A DNA stretch of 64,000 nucleotides from Methanobacteriota archaeon (GCA_009758405.1 WSBC01000004.1:114634-178633); one strand, 5' to 3'; positions 41,591 through 52,154 are shown, numbered from the stretch's first letter. The notes: generated by a model not told the origin, from the sequence alone. Program-made: numbers and translations.

Positions 41591-42693
41591 CTATCCACCT
41601 CCCCAAAAACAGGATCAAGAGTGGATATTGTTGCAATCATATCTGCAATTTTCAGCCCCTTTACCATTATGTTTGTTGCCGATAAATTATGGAATGCAGG
41701 GGATCTTATCCTTACCCTGTATGGTCTGTAAGTACCATCACCAACAATATAAACACCAAATTCACCTCTAGGGGATTCAGTTCTTGAATAAACCTCACCC
41801 TTACCCTTTATTTTTAACAGACCCTGTTTCCTATAAACAGGGTTGAAATATTCACCTTCAGGAATTCTATCAAATGCCTGTTTCGCTATCCTAAGGGATT
41901 GTTTCATCTCCTCTATCCTTACCTTATATCTTGCATAGTTATCGCATTCATTCGAGGTGGGAACCTCAAATTCTACCTTATCATAATGTAAATAGGGGAA
42001 TTTCTTTCTAATATCATACTTTATTCCACTTGCCCTCAATACGGGACCTGTAATACTATAGCTCATTGCATCCTCAGGGGAAAGGTAGCCTATGCCCTTC
42101 ATCCTCTGTATGAATATCTCATTTTCATCAAATATCTTCTGTATCTCTTCAAGTCTCTTTGGAAATTCATTATAAAATTCAAGAAATTTATCTTTAAACT
42201 CATTTGGTATATCTTTATAAACACCACCAATACTAATATAATTGTATGTAAGTCTTGCACCTGAAAGCATCTCGAACATCTGAACTATCTTTTCTCTCTC
42301 CCTGAAGGTATAGAAGAATGGTGTTATCATTCCAAGGTCAAGACCCATTGTCCCAAGCCATACCAGGTGGCTTGCAATCCTGTTTAGCTCCACCACCATC
42401 ATCCTTATCCATTGTGCCCTCTCTGGAACCTCTATATCTGCAAGTTTTTCTACTGCAAGAACATATCCAAGTTCCATATTATGATTGCTCACATAATCTA
42501 ACCTGTCCATAAATATTAGAACAGATGGATAAAACTTATTTTCCGATAATTTTTCAGCATTCCTATGTAAATATCCTATAATTGGGTGTGCCTCTACTAT
42601 TGTTTCTCCATTTAACTTTACCCTTAGTCTTAGGACACCGTGGGTAGAAGGGTGTTGTGGTCCAAAATTCACATCTATTATCCTTTCCTCCAT
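41587..42693 (-). CDS. nuoD: Complex I-like subunit D
   Basis: GPQHPSTHGVLR, GYLHR, RLDY and C-terminal GEVDR; no NiFe cysteines. Confidence 0.94.
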   Translation of the reverse strand: MEERIIDVNFGPQHPSTHGVLRLRVKLNGETIVEAHPIIGYLHRNAEKLSENKFYPSVLIFMDRLDYVSNHNMELGYVLAVEKLADIEVPERAQWIRMMVVELNRIASHLVWLGTMGLDLGMITPFFYTFREREKIVQMFEMLSGARLTYNYISIGGVYKDIPNEFKDKFLEFYNEFPKRLEEIQKIFDENEIFIQRMKGIGYLSPEDAMSYSITGPVLRASGIKYDIRKKFPYLHYDKVEFEVPTSNECDNYARYKVRIEEMKQSLRIAKQAFDRIPEGEYFNPVYRKQGLLKIKGKGEVYSRTESPRGEFGVYIVGDGTYRPYRVRIRSPAFHNLSATNIMVKGLKIADMIATISTLDPVFGEVDR

Positions 42694-42694
42694 T

Positions 42695-43147
42695 TTACCA
42701 CCCATCCTTAGGATCAAAACTCACCCTGTCTGTTCCATCATCGTTCATGTTAACAAACTGCTCCTTTGAAATATCATAGTCCTTGCGCAATGGATGACCT
42801 ACCCAACCCTCCGGAAGGAATATCCTTTTCAGGTCAGGATGTCCATTAAATTTTATACCCATTAGATCATAAATTTCCCTTTCAAACCAGTTTGCAGAAT
42901 CCCATAGTACTGTTGCGCTAGGAAGTACATCATCACTTGTTCTTACCTTGACAACAACCATCTTTTCTTCGTTATAAGATGAAAGATGATAAACTACCTC
43001 TCTATATTTAAGGTAATCAACAGCACTCATAAGAACAAGGTAATTGTATCCATTTTCCTTTAGATTTTTTAATTCTTCTATGAGCGATTCTGGATTCACT
43101 AAAATATATTCATTGCCATCCTTCATTTTTCCTCTTTCAATGATCAT
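42695..43147 (-). CDS. nuoC: Complex I-like subunit C
   Basis: [21 protein letters not shown]...W.GHPLRKDY. Confidence 0.94.
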   Translation of the reverse strand: MIIERGKMKDGNEYILVNPESLIEELKNLKENGYNYLVLMSAVDYLKYREVVYHLSSYNEEKMVVVKVRTSDDVLPSATVLWDSANWFEREIYDLMGIKFNGHPDLKRIFLPEGWVGHPLRKDYDISKEQFVNMNDDGTDRVSFDPKDGW

Positions 43148-43602
43148 CTTCCTGCCTCACCCTTCCTAATTTTTTCCTGGAGCTTATTGATTGCATAAAT
43201 AAGGGCCTCAGGGGTAGGTGGACAACCTGGAACATAAACATCCACAGGTATCACCTTGTCCACCCCCATTACCACAGAATAGGCGCCCTGATAAGGGCCA
43301 CCCGAGGTGGCGCAGGATCCATAGGCTATCACATACCTGGGTGATGCCATCTGCTCGTATAACCTTCTTACCCTAGGTGCCATTTTCTTTGTTACCGTCC
43401 CCGCAACAATCATCAAATCAGCCTGTCTAGGTGATGCCCTGAAAATTTCACTCCCAAATCTCCCAATATCATAATGAGAACCCTGTGTACCCATCATCTC
43501 AATTGCACAACAGGCAAGGCCGAATGTAAATGGCCACACTGAATTGCTTCTGCCCCAGTTAATTACCTCCTCGAGCTTTGCAAAAAATATTGAATCTGCC
43601 AT
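43144..43602 (-). CDS. nuoB: Complex I-like subunit B
   Basis: [15 protein letters not shown] and PGCPP. Confidence 0.95.
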   Translation of the reverse strand: MADSIFFAKLEEVINWGRSNSVWPFTFGLACCAIEMMGTQGSHYDIGRFGSEIFRASPRQADLMIVAGTVTKKMAPRVRRLYEQMASPRYVIAYGSCATSGGPYQGAYSVVMGVDKVIPVDVYVPGCPPTPEALIYAINKLQEKIRKGEAGR

Positions 43603-43606
43603 AATC

Positions 43607-43963
43607 TCATCTCCATTCCATATAACCCTTTTCTATAGCATATAATAGGCCTACAAGCATTATACCTATAAATGTAAATGCTATGAGATATGCATTGAAA
43701 ATATATTTTGCACTGAATGCCCATGGTATAAGGAGAACAACAGCCACGTCAAAAACTGTAAACATTAAGGCCACAAAATAATATTGTATATGTATTGGAC
43801 CCTTTGCATCACCAATTGTTTTTTCACCACATTCATATGTATCATTTCTATCCTTCTCCTGGTGTTTCATTGAAATTTTATTCTCTATCCAAAGCAGGAG
43901 AAAGACTGCAACAAGAGTAAACACAAAAGCCACCGCTATGATAAGGTAACCACCATCATACAT
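43607..43963 (-). CDS. nuoA: Complex I-like subunit A
   Basis: YECGE and FDV...L.PWA. Confidence 0.92.
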   Translation of the reverse strand: MYDGGYLIIAVAFVFTLVAVFLLLWIENKISMKHQEKDRNDTYECGEKTIGDAKGPIHIQYYFVALMFTVFDVAVVLLIPWAFSAKYIFNAYLIAFTFIGIMLVGLLYAIEKGYMEWR

Positions 43964-44057
43964 AGGCAATTCACTAAACCTATAATGCATAACTATATTT
44001 TAAAGATTTCATGAAAAAAATATGAAAAATTTATTAATAAATTACACAATATACTGA

Positions 44058-44118
44058 TGCCACTGTGATGATCCCTACAATTGCTGAAAATGATGAAAGA
44101 CGGGCGGGCTGAGTGGCA
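44058..44118 (+). ncRNA. Box C/D 2'-O-methylation guide sRNA (D guide predicted to target the 16S C1402 equivalent)
   Basis: Terminal stem TGCCAC/GTGGCA; box C GTGATGA 44065; D' CTGA 44084; C' ATGATGA 44090; D CTGA 44109; two 12-nt guides. Confidence 0.9.
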
Positions 44119-44130
44119 AACAGTGATGTT

Positions 44131-44415
44131 ATGAGAATCCTTGTAATATACTACGATGATTCGGATATGAAGGTTTTAAATTATGTAAGGGATTTTGCCA
44201 AGGATATTTTAATATATACCCCTGATGAAAATAGGCCAATTCCTGGGTATAATAATTTTCATGGGGATCTTTTGGAAATTTTGGAAAAATTGAAGGGAAA
44301 TGTTGATGTTATTGCATTTAAAAAAAGAAAAAACTATCCTACAGGTAGTTTCTTCATAGGAGATCTTATCGATCGTTTAAAATCCATGGGATTTAAGATC
44401 CTAGTTATTTCTTAA
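44131..44415 (+). CDS. Small hypothetical protein, possibly reduced universal-stress-protein-like fold
   Basis: MRILVIYYD...DVIAF...GSFFIG...ILVI resembles the USP strand/helix pattern; ATG 44131 follows the sRNA. Confidence 0.5.
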   Translation: MRILVIYYDDSDMKVLNYVRDFAKDILIYTPDENRPIPGYNNFHGDLLEILEKLKGNVDVIAFKKRKNYPTGSFFIGDLIDRLKSMGFKILVIS

Positions 44416-45031
44416 ATTTTTTCCCTGTTATAAGGACAAAGGATCCTTCACCATAGCCCATTTTCCATTCCTCTTCCACTTCCTTACCAGGGGGGAAGAA
44501 GAGAGTCTGTGCATAATCCGTTATTATAAAACCTGCACTTTCAGCCATTGCCTCTATTTCCTTTATTGTAAAAAAATTTGCGTATTTATAAAAAGGATTT
44601 TCATTTTTTATTTTTAAATAGTATTTTCCATATTCACTATTCTTTTCTATTATTGCAATGAAAAGATTTCCATTATTGTTGATTACCCTATAGGCCTCAT
44701 TTAATACACACTGGGGATCTTCAACAAAACAAATAGTTACTATGATTGAAACATAATCGAATACACAGTCAGGGAATGGTAATTTTTCACCCCTTGCCTG
44801 TATTATTTCAATTCCTCTCTCCTTTGCAATTTTAAGCATTTTAAGGCTTGTATCAACTCCAATTTTTGTACCTAGTTTAGATGCGAACCTACCTGTACCT
44901 ACACCTATCTCAAGGCCAAATTTTTCAGCTTTTATAAAATTTTTTAATAATTTAATCTCGTTATGATAAAGAATCTTATGGCTATCAAACCATAAGTCAT
45001 AAATTTCTGTGTTTTCTTCAAAGATATTCAT
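44405..45031 (-). CDS. Class I SAM-dependent methyltransferase
   Basis: LEIGVGTGRF, GEKLPF and EAYRV. Confidence 0.9.
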   Translation of the reverse strand: MNIFEENTEIYDLWFDSHKILYHNEIKLLKNFIKAEKFGLEIGVGTGRFASKLGTKIGVDTSLKMLKIAKERGIEIIQARGEKLPFPDCVFDYVSIIVTICFVEDPQCVLNEAYRVINNNGNLFIAIIEKNSEYGKYYLKIKNENPFYKYANFFTIKEIEAMAESAGFIITDYAQTLFFPPGKEVEEEWKMGYGEGSFVLITGKKFKK

Positions 45032-45605
45032 CCATTATCCTTTTCAATATTTGTTTTACTATGTTATCTGGTAAACCAACTACCCCGGCAACGTATTCTT
45101 CATTCCAGGATTTAATATACTCAGAAAAAATCTCCCTCTCTATGTCTGAATCCATCCTGGGAATAATTTCATTATCTATTATGGATAGTATCTTCTTTTT
45201 TATTGATATTTTTTGTGCTATCCTTTCCTCCAGTTCTTCAATTTCTTCATCTATTTTTTTAAGCATTAATATTGGATCATCAACATTTCCAATGTTCTCA
45301 TCATAGTTGTTAATCTCCCTTTTCCTTATATCAAAAAAATAGGGTGTAAGATATATATTTAAAATAAAGCTCTCATCCAAACTGTAAATCTTCCTATTTG
45401 GACCAATTTCGCTTTTTTCAATTCCTCGCATTCTAACTATGTTGGTTTTTTCTAGGATGTAGAGATGTTTCATTACTGCCTGTTGTGATATACCAAGCTC
45501 CCTTGAAAGCTGGAGGGGATAAACCTCTCCGTGTATTAACCTGGAGAGTATCTCCCTCCTTGTCCTGTTTTCAATTGCAGATAATATTGAATCAATGTCT
45601 GTCAT
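45018..45605 (-). CDS. ArsR-family wHTH regulator (Phr/HSR1-like heat-shock regulator)
   Basis: N.TRREIL..L....YPLQLSRELGISQQAVMKHL..GP.RK.Y plus coiled coil; directly behind hsp20. Confidence 0.8.
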   Translation of the reverse strand: MTDIDSILSAIENRTRREILSRLIHGEVYPLQLSRELGISQQAVMKHLYILEKTNIVRMRGIEKSEIGPNRKIYSLDESFILNIYLTPYFFDIRKREINNYDENIGNVDDPILMLKKIDEEIEELEERIAQKISIKKKILSIIDNEIIPRMDSDIEREIFSEYIKSWNEEYVAGVVGLPDNIVKQILKRIMDEYL

Positions 45606-45607
45606 AT

Positions 45608-46135
45608 TCAATCTATCTTTACCCTGGTTCCTCCCTTCTTTTTTGGCTGTTCCTTCTCCAATGTTACATCAAGGATACCATTGTGATAAGATGCCTTGGC
45701 TGTTTCTGGCTTTACCCTCTCTGGTAGTTCAATAACCTTATAGTACCTCCTTTCAGGCACGTCTGTTCTTATGGTGACCGTGGTCTCATCTACCTGAAGG
45801 TTTATCTGGTCCTTTTCAACTCCTGGTAATTCTGCTGTCACATAAACATTTTTTTCATCATCCGAAACATCTACCAGTGGCTCCCTATAGCCTTCAAGTT
45901 CGCTGAAGCCCATCTTCGGGACATTACCAAATTCCTCAATCCTGGGCTTCCCATCTGGACCTATCTTCATTGTAAATCCATATACAAATGGACCCTGTAC
46001 ATCACCCATGTGCCTGGAAATCTCATTAAATATCCTAGAGATCCTTTCGTTCATTCTCCTGAATTCTTCTTCGAAATCATCAAAGAAGAAATCGAAATTG
46101 AATTCATCCTCATCCCTTTTCTTTTTGAATACCAT
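45608..46135 (-). CDS. hsp20: Small heat shock protein Hsp20
   Basis: GPFVYGF..GPDGKP; REPLVDV; AELPGV; ASYHNGILDV. Confidence 0.95.
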   Translation of the reverse strand: MVFKKKRDEDEFNFDFFFDDFEEEFRRMNERISRIFNEISRHMGDVQGPFVYGFTMKIGPDGKPRIEEFGNVPKMGFSELEGYREPLVDVSDDEKNVYVTAELPGVEKDQINLQVDETTVTIRTDVPERRYYKVIELPERVKPETAKASYHNGILDVTLEKEQPKKKGGTRVKID

Positions 46136-46145
46136 ATTCTCACCT

Positions 46146-46200
46146 CCATATTAACATATGGTTGTTCATTTATGGTTAATAACCAGTTATATTTAAATTT
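46146..46200 (-). promoter_or_regulatory. hsp20 promoter (TATA) with overlapping palindromes, putative repressor operator
   Basis: Minus-strand AAATTTAAATA, followed by inverted repeats ATAAC-N2-GTTAT (46179-46190), TGGTTA-N-TAACCA (46173-46185) and CCATAT-N4-ATATGG (46146-46161). Confidence 0.5.
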
Positions 46201-46202
46201 TT

Positions 46203-46949
46203 CTATTTGCCCACCACAACAATGAACGCAGTGTGGAGAAGGCCTGTATTTATAGGCCTTAATTCCCTTTGACCTACCTTCCATTGTCTGCTTATTATTT
46301 CATATACCTCTATACTTTTCGCACCAGTATCTTTAATTTTTTCAGCAAATAAATGTACCTGATTTATATTTGGAAGATAGGCAATTATCCTTCCATTTTC
46401 ATAGATTGATTCGTAGCATTCTCTTGAAATTGCTGATGGATCGGGTATATCCAGGAAAATTGCATCGTACTTTTTATTCATAAAATTAATTCTTTCATCA
46501 ACCTTAATTGAAATAAAATGAGAATCCCACCCAAGCCATTTCATTATATTACTAACATGTTCAAGATTAGATGATGAAGAATCGAATCCATAAAGGATCC
46601 CAGGTATGATATAATATAGAATACTTACCGAGAGATAACCAGATCCCACTCCCACCTCGGCTACTGTTGACCCTGGCCTCACCCCGGATTTTAAAAGCAT
46701 AAATCCGATGTCCTTTATTGATATTGTCTGTGTTATCTTTTCCATGTTTGATAAAATGTCTTCAAGAGAGGGTCTAACAATTAAAAATTCATGGTCTAAT
46801 ATCTTTATGGTGTCTCCGAAGGATAATTTAAGAAATCTCGATGTTTCTATAACACCTAATCCTGGTATCCATTCCTTTTTCCCACTCACTTTAACTATAA
46901 AAATACGCTTACCTTTAAGACCAATCAACTGCCCTTGTTCCACAAACAT
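46203..46949 (-). CDS. trmI: tRNA (adenine-N1)-methyltransferase TrmI-like
   Basis: TQTISIKD, EVGVGSG.LS, DAIFLDIPDP and RP....HTAF. Confidence 0.85.
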   Translation of the reverse strand: MFVEQGQLIGLKGKRIFIVKVSGKKEWIPGLGVIETSRFLKLSFGDTIKILDHEFLIVRPSLEDILSNMEKITQTISIKDIGFMLLKSGVRPGSTVAEVGVGSGYLSVSILYYIIPGILYGFDSSSSNLEHVSNIMKWLGWDSHFISIKVDERINFMNKKYDAIFLDIPDPSAISRECYESIYENGRIIAYLPNINQVHLFAEKIKDTGAKSIEVYEIISRQWKVGQRELRPINTGLLHTAFIVVVGK

Positions 46950-47056
46950 TAATGCCTTTGTAAATATATAAGATTTTAATTTTGCCCTAATTATAATAAT
47001 TTTAAAAATTTATTTGACCATAATTTTTAAATAAAAAATTATTTAATCTATTAAAC

Positions 47057-47542
47057 ATGGGAATTTTTACAGTAGATATAGAAAAGCCCGATGAGGAGAT
47101 AAATGTAATAATAGGTCAGACACATTTTATAAAAAGTGCAGAGGACCTTTATGAGACCTTGGTAACATCCGTTCCTGGAGCAAAGTTCGGCTTGGCCTTT
47201 TGTGAGGCATCTGGAAAAAGGCTAATCAGATATGAGGGAAATGATGATATACTTATTAAATATGCCATAAAGAATGCTGAGAAGGTAGGGGCGGGTCACT
47301 TCTTTATAATTTTGTTAAAAAATTTATTTCCCATAAACGTTTTGAACGCAATAAAAAATGTTCAAGAGGTGCTTACTATTTATGCAGCCACTGCCAATCC
47401 ACTTAAGGTGATAATATATGAAGAGGGGGATATGAGGGGGGTATTAGGGGTAATTGATGGCTACAAACCACTAGGGGTTGAGAGTGATCAGGATAAAAAA
47501 GAAAGAAAAGAATTTTTAAGGAGGATAGGATACAAGCTATAA
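47057..47542 (+). CDS. Adenosine-specific kinase family (DUF355) protein
   Basis: IGQTHFIKS.EDLYE, AFCEASG, AATANP and GVIDG. Confidence 0.88.
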   Translation: MGIFTVDIEKPDEEINVIIGQTHFIKSAEDLYETLVTSVPGAKFGLAFCEASGKRLIRYEGNDDILIKYAIKNAEKVGAGHFFIILLKNLFPINVLNAIKNVQEVLTIYAATANPLKVIIYEEGDMRGVLGVIDGYKPLGVESDQDKKERKEFLRRIGYKL

Positions 47543-47543
47543 A

Positions 47544-48278
47544 ATGCTAAGGAAATCAATATACGATATTGAGTGGAAATATTACGACCTTTTATATGGT
47601 GATCTAAGTGAAGATATTGATTTTTACAGAAGATTTGTAAAGGGAAAGTCCCTTCTTGAAATAATGTGCGGAACAGGAAGAATTATATCATCATTGAAAA
47701 ATTTGGAAGAAAGGTATGGTCTAGATATAGATGAGAGGATGCTTTCAATAATGAGATCCAAGGATAAAAAAATTGTAGCAATTAAGGCAGATGCAAGGGA
47801 ATTCTCAATTAAAAAGAAATTTGATAATATAATAATAGGCCTAAATTCAATTTTAATGTTTAATTCTGATGATAAAATAAAGTTACTTAAAAATGCTAAA
47901 AAGCATCTGAATAAGGATGGAAAGATATTTGTTGATGCGATAATGCCTCCAGATCTTGAAGAGGGTGTTGTTTATCTGGGGGATTACAAAATAAGAGGGG
48001 AAACAGAGATATATAGATACTTTGTTCCATATTTTTCTCCTGACATGAGGATTCTTCATCTCAGATATATTTATGATATATTTGAAATGGGTGAATACCG
48101 GAGGGAGACAGCAATGCTTTTGCTCTATCCTGAAAACTATCAGGAAATGAAAGAAATTGCAAATAAATCGGGCTTAAAAATAAAGAATGTTTATGGAGGA
48201 TATGATTGCAAAAGGTTTAATTCAAGTAAAAGTGAAAGGATGTTACTTGTACTTAAGAAGGTAGAGGAAGATGAATGA
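47544..48278 (+). CDS. Class I SAM-dependent methyltransferase
   Basis: LEIMCGTGR, GLDID and ADAR.F. Confidence 0.88.
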   Translation: MLRKSIYDIEWKYYDLLYGDLSEDIDFYRRFVKGKSLLEIMCGTGRIISSLKNLEERYGLDIDERMLSIMRSKDKKIVAIKADAREFSIKKKFDNIIIGLNSILMFNSDDKIKLLKNAKKHLNKDGKIFVDAIMPPDLEEGVVYLGDYKIRGETEIYRYFVPYFSPDMRILHLRYIYDIFEMGEYRRETAMLLLYPENYQEMKEIANKSGLKIKNVYGGYDCKRFNSSKSERMLLVLKKVEEDE

Positions 48279-48672
48279 TGAAAAATTTCTTTCTTTACTT
48301 GATTCATTAATAGAGATAAATGAAAATACACCTGTAATAGTTGAGGGAATAAGGGATGAAAAGGCCCTTAGAAAAATAGGGCTTAAAGGAAAGATAATAA
48401 TTTTCAATAGGGGAAAGTCATTATATGATTTTTCTGAAATTATTTCGAATTTGTACAATGAAGTAATAATTCTTTTTGATAATGATAGAAGGGGAAGGTA
48501 TTTGACAAGATACGTTTCAAGGATTCTTGAATCCAAGGGAGTGAGGGTAAATCTTGAATATAGAGATTTCATATTTTCAATGCTTGAGATGAAGGGTATC
48601 GAAGAGATTTCTACATTCTATGAAGAGTCCATGGAAAGAAGGATAAATGGCAAAAGGAGGAGGATGCAATGA
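48271..48672 (+). CDS. Small TOPRIM-domain protein
   Basis: IVEG.RD and LFDNDRRG. Confidence 0.85.
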   Translation: MNDEKFLSLLDSLIEINENTPVIVEGIRDEKALRKIGLKGKIIIFNRGKSLYDFSEIISNLYNEVIILFDNDRRGRYLTRYVSRILESKGVRVNLEYRDFIFSMLEMKGIEEISTFYEESMERRINGKRRRMQ

Positions 48673-50279
48673 TAGTCCTTGGAATAGAAGGTACCGCGCA
48701 CACACTAGGCATAGGAATAATTGAAGATGAAAAAATACTTGCCAACATAATGGACATGTTTGTGCCTGAAGAAGGTGGAATACATCCTAGAGAGGCTGCT
48801 GTTCACCATTCTAATAAATTCATACCTTCATTGAAAAAGGCATTGTCAATTGCTAAAATAGATATGAAGGATATTGACCTGGTTGCATTCTCTAAGGGTC
48901 CCGGTCTAGGGCCATGTTTGAGAACTGTTGCTACAGCTGCAAGGGCAATCTCCTTAAAGATGAATATTCCAATAATTGGGGTTAATCATAGTATTGCCCA
49001 CCTCGAAATAGGAAGATTGACAGGTGGTGTGGAAGATCCTGTAATGACCTATGTGTCCGGTGGAAATACTCAGATAATATCATATTCAAATGGAAGGTAC
49101 AGGGTTTTTGGAGAGACTCTTGACATAGGTATTGGAAATCTTTTAGATAAGTTTGCAAGAGAGATAAACATACCATTTCCTGGAGGTCCAATGATAGAAA
49201 AATTGGCGAAAAATGGAAAAATATACTATGACCTTCCCTATTCAATAAAGGGTATGGATGTCTCATTCTCAGGGATATTGACCGCACTTAAATCATATCT
49301 GAGGCAAGGGGCCTCTCCAGAGGATCTCTCCTTCTCATTACAGGAAACAGTTTTTTCAATGATGACTGAGGTGACAGAAAGGGCCCTTGCGCATCTCCAT
49401 AAGGATGAGGTATTACTTACGGGTGGAGTTGCAAGGAATGGAAGGTTAAGGGAAATGATGAGAATCATGGCGGATGAAAGGGGTGCTATTCTTCATACAC
49501 CACCACCTGATCTTTGTGTGGATAATGGGGTAATGATTGCATATCTAGGAATGATAATGCACAGGGAGGGAATAAAAATGGATATTGAGGATACTTGGGT
49601 GGACCAGAAGTTCAGGGCAGACTCCATAGATGCCCCTTGGGTAAAGGAAAAGGTCCACTTTAAAAATTATCCTGAATTCCCCGGTGCAGAGGCGAGGATT
49701 ATTAAATCAAGGTATCTTGATATAGAGACAATAAGGAAGGAGAGGATAAGAAAGGCATACAGGATAAAGGAGATTGACGATTTTTTAAGGAGGGAAAGAA
49801 CAAAAAGGGAGGCAAGGATCTTGAATCTAATAAAAGCACTAGGTATAAATGCTCCATATGTATTAGATATTGACCTTAGAGAAGGGATTATGGAAATTTC
49901 ATTTATAGAGGGTAAAAACCTTAGGGAAATATTTGAAGAAATACCAGAAAATGAGAGGTATAGAATTGACGATGTAATAGGTTTATATATTGCAAAAATG
50001 CATAAAAAAGGAATTTCACATGGGGACATTACCACAAGCAACATAATGTATGATGGTATGAATGTTTACATAATAGATCCATCAATGGGGGATTTGAATT
50101 CAAAGGTGGAGGAGCTTGGAACAGATCTTCATCTATTGAAGGAATCCTTTCTCAGTGCACATTCAAATCTAATGGCGGATTTTGAAAGGATTATTCAAAG
50201 TTATCTTAAATATTATCCTGAGGGTATTGTAAACGTAGAAAGAATGAAGGAGATAGAGGGAAGGAGGAGATACTCATGA
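48669..50279 (+). CDS. kae1: Fused KEOPS Kae1 (t6A synthase)-Bud32 kinase
   Basis: [25 protein letters not shown]; kinase [12 protein letters not shown]. Confidence 0.95.
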   Translation: MIVLGIEGTAHTLGIGIIEDEKILANIMDMFVPEEGGIHPREAAVHHSNKFIPSLKKALSIAKIDMKDIDLVAFSKGPGLGPCLRTVATAARAISLKMNIPIIGVNHSIAHLEIGRLTGGVEDPVMTYVSGGNTQIISYSNGRYRVFGETLDIGIGNLLDKFAREINIPFPGGPMIEKLAKNGKIYYDLPYSIKGMDVSFSGILTALKSYLRQGASPEDLSFSLQETVFSMMTEVTERALAHLHKDEVLLTGGVARNGRLREMMRIMADERGAILHTPPPDLCVDNGVMIAYLGMIMHREGIKMDIEDTWVDQKFRADSIDAPWVKEKVHFKNYPEFPGAEARIIKSRYLDIETIRKERIRKAYRIKEIDDFLRRERTKREARILNLIKALGINAPYVLDIDLREGIMEISFIEGKNLREIFEEIPENERYRIDDVIGLYIAKMHKKGISHGDITTSNIMYDGMNVYIIDPSMGDLNSKVEELGTDLHLLKESFLSAHSNLMADFERIIQSYLKYYPEGIVNVERMKEIEGRRRYS

Positions 50280-50836
50280 TACTTGTAACACATAATCAGC
50301 ATAAATTCCTTGAATATGAAGAGATATTTCTAAGATCTAAGATTGAATTAGAATGGTATAACTATGAGTATCCTGAGCTCCAATCCGATAATCTTAAAGA
50401 GATTGTTGAATTTTCACTTAAACACGTCAGCAGAATATTGAATAGACCATTTTTCCTGGAGGATACCGGTCTTTTCATAGATTCTCTTGGAGGATTCCCA
50501 GGTCCCTATTCCTCCTACGTTCAGGAGAAGATTGGAAATATGGGCATTTTAAGACTTTTGGAGGGGATTTCAAATAGAAATGCAAGGTTTATTTCTTTAA
50601 TAGGCTATTTTGATGGTAAAAATTTTTACTATTTTGATGGCACACTTGAGGGTAGTATTTCATATTCGATAAGGGGTAAAAATGGTTTTGGCTATGATCC
50701 AATATTTATACCTGAAAAATATGATAAAACACTTGCTGAAATGAGTATTCAGGAAAAAAATTCAATCTCGCACAGAAGGAGGGCACTTGACAAGCTTCTT
50801 GGGTATATTAAAAATTCAATGGAAAGTATAAAATAG
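50276..50836 (+). CDS. rdgB: Non-canonical purine NTP pyrophosphatase (RdgB/HAM1)
   Basis: EDTGL...[16 protein letters not shown] and KN.ISHR. Confidence 0.93.
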   Translation: MILVTHNQHKFLEYEEIFLRSKIELEWYNYEYPELQSDNLKEIVEFSLKHVSRILNRPFFLEDTGLFIDSLGGFPGPYSSYVQEKIGNMGILRLLEGISNRNARFISLIGYFDGKNFYYFDGTLEGSISYSIRGKNGFGYDPIFIPEKYDKTLAEMSIQEKNSISHRRRALDKLLGYIKNSMESIK

Positions 50837-50852
50837 TGCGGAGCAATGAAGT

Positions 50853-51233
50853 GTGATGATGAACTGGAGGATTTGGAGGGAATATATAATCTATCTTTCC
50901 TTTATACTAATGGTATTAGGATTTATTCTTTTGGCCTTTTCCACCCTAGGAATTTTTTCTTCCTCACCCCCTTCATATGTAAAGGATTTTCATAATTATA
51001 TAGGTGATTGGATATACTGGATATTTGTCTTATCAATAGCACTTTTCTTAATAGGCCTATATTATTTTTATGACACCTTGAAAAAATTAAAAAAATTTAA
51101 GGAATATATAAACTCAGACAGTAAATCAAAATTTTTAAAAAATCTTAAGGAGTTGGAGATTATTTCTTATAAGCTTGGACCCAAACATGAGGAAATGCTT
51201 GAAGAGAAAAAAAGGGAATGGAAGATACACTAA
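50853..51233 (+). CDS. Membrane protein (DUF3198-like)
   Basis: Two TM helices followed by SDSKSKF.KNL.ELE. Confidence 0.65.
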   Translation: MMMNWRIWREYIIYLSFILMVLGFILLAFSTLGIFSSSPPSYVKDFHNYIGDWIYWIFVLSIALFLIGLYYFYDTLKKLKKFKEYINSDSKSKFLKNLKELEIISYKLGPKHEEMLEEKKREWKIH

Positions 51234-52042
51234 TCCTTGAGCATGTCAATAACAAATTGGGGTATTACATTACAATCGTGCATTTTTTCATTGTAGTATG
51301 ATGTTTTAATATCTATTTCTCTTCTTCTTTTAATCTCAGCGTCCGATGCGAAGGTGAAGCTCCAGATTGAGGAGGGGTAGGTAGGGACCGTTGCAACATA
51401 TACATACACATACTTGAAAACCCTTTTCATATTGAAATATGCATTCTTAATATGTTCAGGAAATAAAAAGGGAGAGCCTGTCTGTGACCCAACAATACCT
51501 CCATTTTTAAGGGCCATCTTTACATTCCTGTAAAATTCTTCAGTGAATAGTGCCCTTGCCGGTCCCACCGGGTCAGTTGAATCAATTAATATTACATCAA
51601 ATTTTTCCTTAGTTTTAGATATGAACTCAGCCCCATCTCCAATAAGAAGATCCATCCTTTTATCTGAAAAGGATGAACTTAAAGAGGGCAAATACCTCTT
51701 TGATAATTCCACTACCATTTCATCTATTTCAACAAGTTTTAATTTCTTTATATTATGTTTAAGGCATTCCCTGGCAAGGCCTCCATCTCCACCACCTATT
51801 ATAAGTACCTCTTCAGGCTTACTTATAGAAAAAAGTGGAATATGAGCAAGCATCTCATGATAAATATATTCATCCCTTTCTGTAAGTTGAAATGTTCCAT
51901 CTAGGAAAAGTATTTTCCCATAGGTGGGATTCTCAATTATATCTATTTTTTGATATTTTGATTTTCCTGAAAAAAGGACACTTGATGCCTTCACCATTAA
52001 CCTTACATCATTTGTTTGATTCTCACCAAACCAGATTTTCAT
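51230..52042 (-). CDS. speE: Polyamine aminopropyltransferase (spermidine synthase)
   Basis: LDG..Q.TERDE..YHE, IGGGDGG, VEID and DSTDP. Confidence 0.95.
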   Translation of the reverse strand: MKIWFGENQTNDVRLMVKASSVLFSGKSKYQKIDIIENPTYGKILFLDGTFQLTERDEYIYHEMLAHIPLFSISKPEEVLIIGGGDGGLARECLKHNIKKLKLVEIDEMVVELSKRYLPSLSSSFSDKRMDLLIGDGAEFISKTKEKFDVILIDSTDPVGPARALFTEEFYRNVKMALKNGGIVGSQTGSPFLFPEHIKNAYFNMKRVFKYVYVYVATVPTYPSSIWSFTFASDAEIKRRREIDIKTSYYNEKMHDCNVIPQFVIDMLKD

Positions 52043-52081
52043 AGGCGATTATATGATTCAAATATTAAAAACTTATATCAA

Positions 52082-52154
52082 TGCCGTGGGCCGGGATTGA
52101 ACCGGCGGCCTCCAGATCTTCAGTCTGGCGCTCTCCCAGCTGAGCTACCACGGC
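52082..52154 (-). tRNA. tRNA-Phe (GAA), no intron, CCA not encoded
   Basis: GCCGTGGTAGCTCAGCTGGGAGAGCGCCAGACTGAAGATCTGGAGGCCGCCGGTTCAATCCCGGCCCACGGCA folds as a cloverleaf. Confidence 0.97.

Noticed and set aside
41587..43602. Group 4 [NiFe]-hydrogenase or Mbx interpretation
   Set aside because: The large subunit lacks both CxxC motifs (RLDY; DPVFGEVDR), and no extra Mrp subunits or maturases are present.
44113..44130. GTG start at 44113 for the downstream ORF
   Set aside because: It lies within the sRNA terminal stem; ATG 44131 is more plausible.
48669..50279. Kae1-Bud32 fusion as a novelty
   Set aside because: This fusion is well known in many euryarchaea and Thermoplasmata.
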